A DNA stretch of 64,000 bases, taken from NCBI GenBank assembly GCA_950097015.1, contig CATNEN010000011.1, positions 6,572,001 through 6,636,000 of the forward strand, read 5' to 3'. Source of the stretch: Macrostomum hystrix (lineage: Eukaryota > Animalia > Platyhelminthes). The notes beneath the pieces are model-generated. The model saw only the letters and a program-made list of their open reading frames with translations. It had not been told where the DNA came from and ran no database searches. Shown here piece by piece: positions 23,801 to 35,233 of this stretch; the stretch's first letter is position 1; every line of letters starts with the position of its first letter. The position numbers and the translations under genes are program-made.

Positions 23801-26676
23801 CCGGATCGTTGCCCCAGACTGCGTCCTCTTCGCCGTCAAGTTCGGGACCGGCAAGTAGGCGGCATCGGATCTTAAGCGAGTGTAATAGTTGTAATAGTGT
23901 AATAGTTCAAATGGTAACACACCCACCTCCCTCCACTGACACAACCACCTCCCTCCACTGACACACCCACCTCCCTCCACTGACACACCCACCTCCCTCC
24001 ACTTACACACCCACCTCCCTCCACTTACACACCCACCTCCCTCCACTGACACACCACCTCCCTCCACTGACACACCACCTCCCTCCACTGACACACCCAC
24101 CTCCCTCCACTGAAACACCCACCTCCCTCCACTGACACACCCACCTCCCTCCACTTACACACCCACCTCCCTCCACTTACACACCCACCTCCCTCCACTG
24201 ACACACCACCTCCCTCCACTGAAACACCCACCTCCCTCCACTGACACACCACCTCCCTCCACTGAAACACCCACCTCTCTCTACAGAGACACACACCTCA
24301 CTCCGCAGATACACCCAACTGATAGCACAGTCCATGTTAACAGTAGAACTACCCAGGGGGGGATTTACCCCCCTGACATTTTTTTTGCTGCACCCGAACG
24401 GAACAATGCAAGCACACGAAACTCAAGAACACGGCCATCTTTTTGTTGCGCATCTTCTGAAACAAGAAACAAGTCGCCAGCTGTTCAGACCGTCGAGATA
24501 TTCAATGTTTCTGGCCGAAGGTCCGATTTTTCCCATAAGAGCTAGTGTATTTCATACACCCCCATACACGAATTTGCACTGCGCCTCAGTGCGGCCTTGC
24601 CAGGCCTTCAAAATTTATCAGCATGTCACCCGAGTGTGCCTGCATCATCTCCGTCTTCGGTGGTCACCTACCTTTATCTAGACAGACTGCTGGACCTTCA
24701 AGGGCTACAACAGGTGGAACTAAGCTACGATGGACACCCTGACGCGAATTTCTCAAATTTCAATGCTCAAGCCAAAATATTAGGCGCAGCTCAACCACAG
24801 GACACCATCGCCTAGTCTGTCAACAAATCAGTCACCACTCAACGCTGTTAGCATTCGGGCGCTGCCAAAAAAAATTGTCAGGGGGGGGGGAAATTCCCCC
24901 CCCCTTGGTATAAAAACGGGCGGCAAAATGGCTTGGTAGTCCTACTGTTAATACAGCTTTAAGTAGTGACTCACCTGCCACAGCAGCAGCACAGCCCTAG
25001 CCAGAATAAGGTCACGCGTCTTGCCAGCAAAATCGGCTCGATATCGTCGCACAATGAGCCGAAGTCGGACGGACGCGTCCGCGAAGTGCCGCGGCTCGCC
25101 TCCGACGGCGTAGGCGCCGCAGACAGCCTCGGCCAGGTCGGCCAGGATCAACTCGTCCGGGTACCAATTGTTAGATGACGACGAAGACGAAGATCCCGAC
25201 GTCTTACCGTCGGCCGCGCCGATGCCGGGAGCGCACAGTGCTCGAAGAGGTTCAAAGTCAGTTCTGAGCTTGGCTAGCTCTTCGAGACGACCGCGCCAAG
25301 CCAGGTGAAGCGAATGCCGGCAGCCGACCATCCAGAGATCACGACCACGACGATTCTGCCTGGCGTAGCCGGCGTGCAGGCGATACAACCGCCTGGCCAG
25401 CTCGTCGGCTTCGTGCAGTTCTGCAAGCGACTCCAGCAGGCTGAGCCGGTCCATCACAATGCGTGGCGTGAGCGACGTATTCGTTGGCTTCGGCTGCGGC
25501 CTTTAATGTAAGCGGATTCGGCGGTTTTGCTTAAGAATTCAGACCGAGAGTTGTCACAGACAGGGTGTCCCTCGGGTGTCACAGACAGGGCGTCACTCGA
25601 GTGTCACAGACAGGGTGTCCGGGAGTGTGTCACAGACAGGGTGTCCAGGAGTGTGTCACAGACACGGTGTCCGGGAGTGTCACAGACACGGTGTCCGGGA
25701 GTGTGTCACAGACAGGGTGTCCGGGAGTGTGTCACAGACGGTGTCCGGGAGTGTGTCACAGACACGGTGTCCGGGAGTGTCACAGACACGGTGTCCGGGA
25801 GTGTGTCACAGTCAGGGTGTCTGGGAGTGTGTCACAGACACAGACAGGGTGTCCGGGAGTGTGTCACAGACAGGGTGTCCGGGAGTGTGTCACAGACAGG
25901 GTGTCCGGGAGTGTGTCGCAGACAGGGTGTCCGGGAGTGTGTCACAGACACGGTGTCCTGGAGTGTGTCACAGACAGGGTGTCCGGGAGTGTCACAGTCA
26001 GGGAGTCTGGGAGTGTGTCACAGACACAGACAGGGTGTCCGGGAGTGTGTCACAGACAGGGTGTCCGGGAGTGTGTCACAGTCAGGGTGTCTGGGAGTGT
26101 GTCACAGTCAGGGTGTCCGGGAGTGTGTCACAGACAGGGTGTCCGGGAGTGTCACAGTCAGGGTGTCTGGGAGTGTGTCACAGACACAGACAGGGTGTCC
26201 GGGAGTGTGTCACAGACAGGGTGTCCGGGAATTGTTTCACAGACACAGTAGATACATGGCATGGCATCCCAAAAGACCTACCTGCTCTTCAAATCCCTAT
26301 TTAATCCGCAGTCTCCCAAAGCATCAGCTAGCTGATCTACTGAGTCCTCCAAATGTTTGAGAAAGTCTCTGCACTCATATTCAGTGGGCAGTGTGTTGTA
26401 GCTGTTTGGCGGAGAACGCTTGGCACAGCCGCCGGCCGTCAGGCCATTGGAATCAATGGCACTAGCATTTTCAGCTTTCCCATCCGGCTTGAGATTGGAC
26501 GCTGAAGTGGTGGACACTTTCTCGCAACGCCAATCCGCCAATTCTTTATCAACAGCCACTGTCATCACTTTTCTATGCAATTGAACTCGATCAAAGTACA
26601 GCTGCAAACTAGCTTGACCTGGGATGCACACAGTAGCCTGGTCAGGCTGCTGAGCATGTTGGTTTGATGATGGCAT
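17871..26676 (-). CDS. ESPL1: Separase (peptidase C50), about 1175 aa; exons 26676-26282, 25500-24975, 23870-23400, 22909-21753, 20886-20475, 19383-19093, 18146-17871
   Basis: YYVLNP, LYVYCGHGSG (catalytic His), FLIGCSSG (catalytic Cys), GCPAVLAILWDVTDKDID, LIGSAPVLFGLP, LHEFPWE, FSRMPSL. All junctions are GT-AG and phase-consistent (3528 nt). The start codon is less certain. Confidence 0.93.
18190..18260 (+). mobile_element. Degenerate tRNA-derived SINE head (family A), in separase intron
   Basis: GAGCTTTGG...GGAGGTCGGGAGTTCGAATTCC B-box. Confidence 0.4.
18360..18970. repeat. Degenerate GGGGAAATCCC repeat with a ~185-bp internal direct duplication
   Basis: 18530-18720 resembles 18720-18900. 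Confidence 0.8.
19640..20300. repeat. Intronic minisatellite, 26-bp GAACGTGTCCTTGGGAAATGGGATTT
   Basis: Tandem units. Confidence 0.95.
20945..21720. repeat. Intronic minisatellite, 24-bp AGAGGAATCAGCCCAGAAGACAAC
   Basis: Fills nearly the whole 20887-21752 intron. Confidence 0.97.
23060..23270. repeat. Intronic minisatellite, 35-bp TGGGATAATGATGTGCGTATTCTGAATTTGGGATC
   Basis: About 5-6 units. Confidence 0.9.
23915..24300. repeat. Intronic minisatellite, about 22-bp ACACACCCACCTCCCTCCACTG
   Basis: Tandem units. Confidence 0.93.
24341..24947. mobile_element. Non-autonomous DNA transposon (MITE-like), 607 bp
   Basis: TTAA|CAGTAGAACTACC...GGTAGTCCTACTG|TTAA (13-bp TIR, 1 mismatch), plus a ~45-bp subterminal inverted repeat (GGGGGGATTTACCCCCCTGACATTTTTTTTGCTGCACCCGAA versus its complement at about 24853-24905). 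Confidence 0.8.
25550..26245. repeat. Intronic minisatellite, 24-26-bp GTGTCACAGACAGGGTGTCCGGGAGT
   Basis: Fills separase intron 1. Confidence 0.95.
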
Positions 26677-28683
26677 CCTCAAAAGTGTTACTTTTCTTTG
26701 ACTTTTTTCTCCGCTTTTTGCAAAAAGTAGAATTCTGCAAGTAGCTAGTTTATTATTGAAAGTTAAATGGATAATTTATTTGAGTATTAATATTGTCTGA
26801 TTTATTCAAATTGAAACATTTTAGAGCTAGCTAATACTAAAGTGATAATAAAATAAAAGGCTATTGATAGAACAAAGAACTGCTTCATCAAATCTAGCAG
26901 AAAAAAAACAAAAATTCTTTAGTTTAGTCTTAAACTTTTATAAAAACACTTGAAGTTCTTGAATCAATTTTTCTTACCTGGTTACTTATAGTAACTTGTA
27001 TAATTAATAGCTGAAGCATATTGTTAAGATTTTTTCTTCAATTTGTTTGATTTTCAGCAGTTATGAATTAATTCATGTTAGTTATGCAAGTTAAAGTCGC
27101 TTATACAGAAAAGAGAAAGCATAGATTTAAATATAATCAGAGAAGCATTTTACATGAATATAACTAATTTACGCAACTTTAGTTCTCAAACCCTAGAACC
27201 CATAAGCTGTTATCAGCCAATAATAATGTTTATGCTCATGACAAAGACAGAGAAGGCTCACTTTGACTAATCCATACAATTTATAGTATACCCCAATGAT
27301 TTGCCAAAGAGTTCTCTCAGGTGAGCCTTACATAGCAAGCAACTTAAAGCTTGAAGAACCAATTAAATTATCAATTTAAATTTCTAGTATAACTGTTTTA
27401 TATACTCTATAAGCACAATACTCACATTATTTACATTGACATATCATTCACATCACAGTTATCTGATCACAAATGTCTGATTCAGTGCTTTGAAACTTGA
27501 AAACTTGGTATATAGCACACTCTAAAAAATCTAATTTCATACTAACTGTTTAATCAGGCATACATAGCATTAAAAGCAATTTAAAAAATTAAAGAAATAT
27601 AAAAGATATAAACTGTTTCTAAAATTGAAATTTGAAAAAAATAGGCCTATATTTAAATTTCGGAAAATCAATATTGAAATATAAGTCTCAAGACTTTAGG
27701 ACTAGGGCCTACTAGCTTTGCATCTCTACTAGTTTAGTATCCAACCTCTAGGAGTCTAGGCCCCTAGCTATTATAATTGTAGCAATGATCTAACATGACA
27801 AGTTGTTGCATTAGTAGGCCTATATAGCTAGATTTGGTCCATGCTTACAAAATATAGGAACAAACTTTTTGACTTTGACCTTTGTGTTTAATCATGGATC
27901 CTGGTTCTAGAGTATTGTCATTGGCTAGGCCTAAGCCTAGTTAAAACAGATCCCTTAGGCGGAGGCCTAGCCCTTAGTCAGACATAGGTATATAACAACC
28001 AGTCAAAAGTAGGGGCCTTATCTAATGACTAAGTCAATTTTACAGCACTCTCTAATAAATAAAGTATACCTAAGTGTATTACAAGAATTGTTGCTTTTTT
28101 CATAAAAAAATCCAGAGGCCAAGCCACTGGCATATTTTATGTCTGCTTGGTTGCTATTGTGCTTCATGATAAATAAACGAAGATAAAATGAAGTATTATG
28201 AAGATAAATTATTTATGAATGAAGCTTTCTAAAATTTGTTGATGAACCATTTCTGCTAGATATTAAAAGAACAAATTGATTTGATTTGATTTGATTTGCT
28301 TCCAATAAAAAGCTATCCATATTTTAATGTTAAAAACATTATAAGTTCCTATCTTGCTAGTGCACTTTTCCGTGAAAATCTACCTTTAATAAATATTCCA
28401 AGATCTTCCAATCGTACATGGAGTATACCTGATCACGCTGCACGCGTTTCTAGTTTTATTTAGTTCAAACTTACGTAAAATAATTTTAAGAAACGCATCA
28501 ACATTTTAACCATTAGAAAAATCTTTGACGCAAGATAAAACGTAATTTTATCATTTAAAAGTAAAACTAACTATAATAACCTTAAATATATTATTTAACT
28601 AACAATATTAATTAATTAAAAGTTCCGCTATTAGGAATTCGCATTATATTATTTTATCTAACGTGGGTGGTACAATCGACGTG

Positions 28684-28791
28684 TAGTCATAGTATTATTA
28701 GCTTCCATACACAGCTTATCTAAGTAAAATTTGCCGAAAGTCATTAGTCGTAGTATTATTAGCTTCCATACACAGCTTATCTAAGTAAAAT
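28684..28791. repeat. Two-copy ~46-bp direct repeat
   Basis: TAGTC(A/G)TAGTATTATTAGCTTCCATACACAGCTTATCTAAGTAAAAT twice. Confidence 0.85.
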
Positions 28792-29480
28792 CGAAACAGG
28801 CTAAAATAGTATAATTTAAATATGGGTTTTTAGATAAGTACATCATGTATGTCTTATAGGCACCTTTATTGTCTGCCAAGTGCTTCGGGAGAGCATCTAT
28901 AGTTTCACATAATCTACCTTTAAGGTACTTTTCGGCAAAAAAAACTTGCAATTACCAATTAGCTACATGACGTACAGAAAAAGTATTTAATTGTTCGTGT
29001 TTCCATTACATGCTATCTTCAAAATACAATTTTCTATTTGTCCATGCATGTAATTGTAAAAATTCTACAAATGAGTACTGGCCAATGCACTGCTTTGTAC
29101 ATGTAAGCGTATATAAAACCAGCGAGCAAAGCAGTTTAAAAATTAAACATCTGCAACTGAAATCTTGGAACTGCTTGTATTCACACAATATACGCTATAG
29201 TGACTTTAAAAGTAAACAATTTGCTTGCTTGTTTTGCGGTACGCCTCACATTTTCTAATATACGGCAGGGGCAAACGTCATGGACGGTAATTTGTCGTAT
29301 ACTTCATCCAGAAAAAACTGGATATGTCATTTGATGTACGCTTTGCTGTAACTTAAAACTTGAAACAATTGTAAACATCTGCTGACGAAATTGGTCCGCA
29401 GCTTAGGTTAGTTAATTTAAAGTTTTCCATAAAATCTTAAATTCTGCGGCTCTTCTGAATCAGTCGCTGCTTCAATAATC

Positions 29481-30431
29481 ATGATTGCCATGCTTCTGAC
29501 GCTAGTTCTGTTACATTCATCGAGTTTGTTCGTCGTCGCGACGCCATCGTCCAGGGACAGTCGAGACTGCGCGGCCAGTTGGACCCTACTCAGCACACAG
29601 CAGAACCAACTGACTGGCGGCAGAGATATTCAAGTTCGTCTCGGCTACACAAGCGGGCCCAGACAGACGCCGTCTTCTTTGACAGTCGAGGCCTACAGCA
29701 AGCCGACGACGATCCTCACCGAGTTGAGTGTCCGTCTTCAAACAGGTTCAACAGAGATGACAATCCACTCAACGGGCGATGAGCTGGATCGATTGAAGCA
29801 GAGCGAGCTGACTGTCACGGTGCCGCCTCGCGGAACTGTCGCCGTCTGGCAACTGACCGTCATTGTCTCGACGTCCGCCAACGATGGCTCAGTCGAAGAA
29901 GTCCAGCGTCACTACAATCTGGACCACACCTCCGTAATTGTCACCTCCGGTAGGGTAAATCCACCAAATACAATTATTTCCTGCAGCGCCAACTATCGCA
30001 CTCGGCAGCTGATCTCGGAGGACACACCGGTGCGGCTGAGACACGCCAACACTGGCCGCTACCTGGTGATGAGGCTGCAGCGAGGCTGGGAAGCGGCAAC
30101 GCTTAGTTACAGCCGGGAATATCGCTACAGGCTGATTGGCATCGGCACGGGAGGCGTCGGCAGCGGAGTCAGGATCGAGGCCGAGACGCACACCTTCGGC
30201 GGATACCGGTACGCCTACGCGTCACTCAGGGGCGGCGTGTACTTCGACACGTTCAGTCAGTCCTCGCTGTCCCAGCAGTGGCAGCTGAGCAACCCTTACC
30301 CGAGGCAGGGCGATCGAGTGACCTTTCGAAACCGACGATGGCCTAGAGCGGCGCTGCAGGCGTCCGCCGACTTTGTGCGTTGCTTCAGCACACAGAATCC
30401 CGACTGGTGGATCCTGGAGACTGATGGATGA
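29481..30431 (+). CDS. Secreted lysenin-like (aerolysin-type beta-pore-forming) protein, 316 aa, intronless
   Basis: Signal peptide; VTVPP...WQL; RLRHA; WEAATLSYS; GYRYAYASLRGGVYFD; QQW; GDRVTFRN; VRC...WILE. These align collinearly with earthworm lysenin as recalled (ITIPP...WQL, RIKHA, WPAATLGHS, GYEYAYSSDQGGIYFD, QRW, GDVVTFMN, VYC...WILE). Confidence 0.82.
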   Translation: MIAMLLTLVLLHSSSLFVVATPSSRDSRDCAASWTLLSTQQNQLTGGRDIQVRLGYTSGPRQTPSSLTVEAYSKPTTILTELSVRLQTGSTEMTIHSTGDELDRLKQSELTVTVPPRGTVAVWQLTVIVSTSANDGSVEEVQRHYNLDHTSVIVTSGRVNPPNTIISCSANYRTRQLISEDTPVRLRHANTGRYLVMRLQRGWEAATLSYSREYRYRLIGIGTGGVGSGVRIEAETHTFGGYRYAYASLRGGVYFDTFSQSSLSQQWQLSNPYPRQGDRVTFRNRRWPRAALQASADFVRCFSTQNPDWWILETDG

Positions 30432-31064
30432 CCAGCTTTGGAACTTTGAGACGATAATGATTGATTCAGCTGTTAAAATACAATATTCGAGAAGGCTCAT
30501 AAAGCCTAACTTAATTAGTATGAACACAAACTGAATTCCAATTTCAGCAAAAATGAAATGACAGATATTAATTTACACTTTCATAATTTAGTTCGCAAGA
30601 AATATGCGATTACCAGAAGAAGTACTTTAAACAGCTCTTTTCTTGTCTGTTTACTCAGCTGTCGGAGATGTTCAGCTTTCTCTCAGCCAGTCTCACTCCT
30701 TCATCTACGCAAAACTCGGCTCTAAGATTGTTTTTGTCTTTTGTCTGTACGCTCGCGCTCGGTTGCTTGCCTGTGGGGTCTCTTAATAACCATCAAAAAC
30801 TTTTCGCTTTGCTCTTTTCCTGGGCCTCGTTCTCTTCGCTGTCTCTCTCTCCATCTCTCTCCATCTATGTATGTACGTTTTAACCTAGCGACAGTTTAAA
30901 ACACTTCGTTTATTTTTCTCTGCAAAGGTGTCCGAAACTATTCTAGTCGCTTTAAGCCCAGATTTTGTAAGGTGTCAAATCTTGTGACCATCCAGCCTTT
31001 TTTGACCTGTCACCTGACTGATCTCGGTAAATAATCACTGCCACTGTGCTACAACACACTATCA

Positions 31065-31620
31065 CCTGTCTTCTACCCACTGTCTTCTACCCACTGTTTT
31101 CTACCCACTGTCTTCTACTCACTGTCTTCTACCCACTGTCTTCTACCCACTGTCTTCTACCCACTGTCTTCTACTCACTGTCTTCTACCCACTCTCTTCT
31201 ACCCACTGTCTTCTACCCACTGTCTTCTACCCACTGTCTTCTACCCACTGTCTTCTACTCACTGTCTTCTACCCACTCTCTTCTACCCACTGTCTTCTAC
31301 CCACTGTCTTCTACCCACTGTCTTCTACCCACTGTCTTCTACCCACTGTCTTCTACCCACTGTCTTCTACCCACTGTCTTCTACCCACTGTCTTCTACCC
31401 ACTGTATTCTACCCACTGTCTTCTACCCACTGTCTTCTCCCCACTGTATTCTACCCACTGTATTCTACCCACTGTCTTCTACCCACTGTATTCTACCCAC
31501 TGTCTTCTACCCACCCGACTGTCTTCTGCCTACTGTCTTCTACCCACTGTATTTTGCCCACTGTCTTCTACCCACCCCACTGTCTTCTACCCACTGTCTT
31601 CTACCCACTGTCTTCTACCC
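31065..31620. repeat. Minisatellite, 14-bp CCACTGTCTTCTAC
   Basis: About 39 units upstream of the 31657 acceptor. Confidence 0.96.
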
Positions 31621-31659
31621 CTAGCCTTCTTCCCCACTTCCCGATCATCTTCCGCAGTG

Positions 31660-34600
31660 ATGTCGGCATTCTACGGTCCGGAGACGCCGCGACCATTCAG
31701 CGTTGTGTCCGAGCGACATCAGCGCGGATTGCTGGCCCAGCGGTGCCAATCGGCGGCTGACGACGAGCATTGCAGCTTCGGAGAGGAATACAACAAGGCC
31801 GTCTGCGACTCTGTCTCCCGCATGGCCGAAGTCAACGTTGACGATCTAGTTTGCTACGTCGGACCAAAGAAGGGCTCGCTGGCCAAGGAGCTGGAGAGCC
31901 GGCTGCGGCTGCTGAAGGGCATTCAGGAGGTGGCGCCCGGGGAGATTGTGTATGAGGCCACGAAAACTGGCAGGTGAGAGTGGAAAACGAAATTTAATTC
32001 TCAGTAGATAAAAATGGCGATGCCCCATTTTTTTTCTATAAGTTCACTGAAGAGAAGAGAAAATTATTGCACCTAATTCAGATTCTTTCAGTACAATTCA
32101 TATCTTTACAGAATTAATAATCCCCTGTTCATGGAGTTCCCTCTTCAGAGAGCTGGATTCCCTTCTTGATATAGTGGCAACTCTCTCTTTATTGATAGAG
32201 AATCCCTTCAACAAAAAATGGTAATATTATCTTGAAAAAAGACAGAATTCCTTATTGGTAGCAAAGGAAACCATTCTTCTAAAAAACCGTCTTTTCAGTA
32301 TGGGAATTGCTTCTTCTATTTAGACTGGGAATCCCTTCTCCTATTTAGAATGTGAATCCCAGCTTTTATTTAGAATGGGAATCCCTTCTCCTATTAAGAA
32401 TGGGAATCCCTGCTTCTCAGAATGGGAATATTTTCTCCGATTTAGAATGGGAATCCCTTCTCCTATTTAGAATGGGAATCCCTTTTTCTATTTAGAATGG
32501 GAATCCCTTCTCCTATTTAGAATGGGAATCCCTTCTCCTATTTAGAATGGGAATCCCTTCTCCTATTTAGAATGGGAATCCCTTATTCTATATTTAGAAT
32601 GGGAATCCCTTCTTCTATTTAGAATGTGAATCCCAGCTTTTATTTAGAATGGGAATCCCTTCTCATATTAAGAATAGGAATCCCTTCTCCAATTTAGAAT
32701 GGGAATCCCTTCTCCTATTTAGAATGGGAATCCCTTCTCCTATTTAGAATGGGAATCCCTTCTTCTATTTAGAATGTGAATCCCAGCTTCTATTTAGAAT
32801 GTGAATCCCAGCTTTTATTTAGAATGGGAATCCCATCTCCTATTAAGAATGGGAATCCCTGCTTCTCAGAATGGGAATATTTTCTCCGATTTAGAATGGG
32901 AATCCCTTCTTCTATTTAGAATGGGAATCCCTTCTCCTATTTAGAATGGGAATCCCTTCTCCTATTTAGAATGGGAATCCCTTCTCCTACTTAGAACGAG
33001 AATCCCTTCTCCTATTTAGAATAGGAATCCCAACTCCTATTTAGAACGGGAATCCCTTCTCCTATTTAGAATGGGAATCCCTTCTCCTACTTAGAACGAG
33101 AATCCCTTCTCCTATTTAGAATAGGAATCCCAACTCCTATTTAGAACGGGAATCCCTTCTCCTATTTAGAATGGGAATCCCTTCTCCCATCTAGTATAGG
33201 AATCCCTTCTTTTATATTTAGAATGGGAATCCCTTCTCCTATTTAAAATATGAATCCCTACTCCTATTTAGAATGGGAATCTCTGCTTCTCAGAAGGGGA
33301 ATCCCTGCTTCTCAGAATGGGAATCCCTGCTTCTCAGAATGGGAATCCCTGCTTCTCAGAACGGGAATCCCTGCTTCTCAGAATGGGAATCCTTGCTTCT
33401 CAGAATGGGAATACCTTCGTAACTTATCCCATTCGTTTTTTACCTTGTAAGGCCACGTACTTTTTCCAATGAAGTTTCAGTCGAAAAGGCCTAAGAAAAT
33501 AAAAATCCAGAGTTTAAAGAGAAAAATCCTAAATTATTATACACTGAAATCCCAAAACCCCAGGCTGATCCCTGTCTCGGTGGTCAACAGCCAGGCCGAG
33601 GAGCACTTTAGCCAGCTGGCCGCTCAACGCGATGATGACGAGGATTCGCCACCGATTCGCTACGACAAGGTGATCGTCCGGGACTCTCTGGAATACCTTC
33701 AGGACAGAAAGTCCTTCTACATGAACGTCATGCGCTGCCTGCGGCCCCAGGGCTGCCTGCTCATCATTCAGCGCCCTGCGGACATGATCACCCTGCCGTA
33801 TTACTTGGAGGCTCGCGATCGAGTACAAGACTCCGACGTACCGGTGGTTGACACCATCAACCAGATACAGTCGCTAGGATTTGATGTCGAATGGGACGTG
33901 AGTTCGGTTGGGTCAGCTGCACTTTGAATAGAAATGGCCATGAAGAGACGGAACTTGACATTTTCAACCAATCAGAATTAAGGAAGAGCTGTCACACTTG
34001 CTGCGCGTGTCTCAAGGTCAAGAGGCTGCTCAGTATGTATTACATACTGGTTTAAGGATGTCACGTGATAAATATTATATGGCCAAGAACTAAGAAAATA
34101 AAATTTTAAAATGAATTAAGAGGACATTTCCATTAAAACTAAATATTCCTTAAAAGTATATATTCTCATTTTAAGCTATAACATTGTCCAGCAATTTTAG
34201 GTTCAATTCAGATTTCGCTAAACACCGATTAAAAAAACTAGATGTCTAGTTTACTAACTACTCATAGTAGCCGAGAAGTGCAACAAAGCGAATTAAATAA
34301 AAACTTCAGTCTTTTACTGCTTTAAAGTCATCTTAGTGCAGTGCAAATAACAAGCCACCTTTACAAACAACGAACCTCGTGGTCACAATGGTCACATGAT
34401 CGCATCGATAGTTACACCATCAAAATCCACGACAGCGCCTCCCAAATCCTCGGTAGCGCCTCCCAAATCCTCGGTAGCGCCACCCAAATCCTCGGTAGCG
34501 CCACCCAAATCCTCGGTAGCGCCACCCAAATTTACGGTAGCGCCACCCAAATCCACGGTAGCGCCACCCAAATCCACGGTAGCGCCACCCAAATCCTCGG

Positions 34601-35233
34601 TAGCGCCACCCAAATTTACGGTAGCGCCACCCAAATCCATGGTAGCGCCACCCAAATCCTCGGTAGCGCCACCCAAATCCTCGGTAGCGCCACCCAAATC
34701 CTCGGTAGCGCCACCCAAAATTGGTGAAATTCTCGATCTTCTTGTGTGATTTATCAGACACGCAAACATTCCAGATACTGGCCCTGCCAGTTCTGCTGAG
34801 CCGGACGCAATGGCTCTCACTGCTGTACAATCGCTATCCGAATCATCTGGAAGTTACCTCAGACTCGGATGTTGTCTCTGGCGTTCGGGAGCTGTCGGAG
34901 GGTGCTCTAAAGTACATGTGGGACCAGCTGGAGTTCACCGACCGTCTCCTATTCGTCACCGTCAGCCAGCCGTTGCAATCCGGCGGTCTGCCCGAGTGTC
35001 GTAGACACGGCGGCTCCGTCTTGACCACCGAGCCGGCGCCGCTGATCTTCACAATGCCTGTGACGCCCGACATGCGACCGATGGTCAAGGAGGACAGCGC
35101 CGACGAGCTGGAGAGGAGGAAACGACTGGCGGCCCAGGGTCGCGTCGAATGGTTCGGCACCTTCAACATGGAGAACTGGCGCCACGTGGACTCCAGCGTG
35201 ATACCGTCTCAGCTGACAAGCCGGCGGGTGTGA
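31660..35233 (+). CDS. Class I SAM-methyltransferase-fold protein; exons 31660-31973, 33564-33897, 34775-35233
   Basis: Phase-consistent GT-AG junctions. Motif I-like VCYVGPKKG, motif II-like RYDKVIVRDSLEYLQD, motif III-like CLRPQGCLLII. An acceptor just before the ATG implies an upstream exon or trans-splicing. Confidence 0.7.
32320..33410. repeat. Intronic minisatellite, 25-bp ATTTAGAATGGGAATCCCTTCTCCT, grading into a 22-bp variant
   Basis: Tandem units. Confidence 0.95.
34430..34720. repeat. Intronic minisatellite, 21-bp GGTAGCGCCACCCAAATCCTC
   Basis: About 14 units. Confidence 0.95.

Noticed and set aside
19640-26245. AG-dinucleotide avoidance on the sense strand of intronic arrays
   Set aside because: True for the 24-bp array but not for the 26-bp or 22-bp arrays
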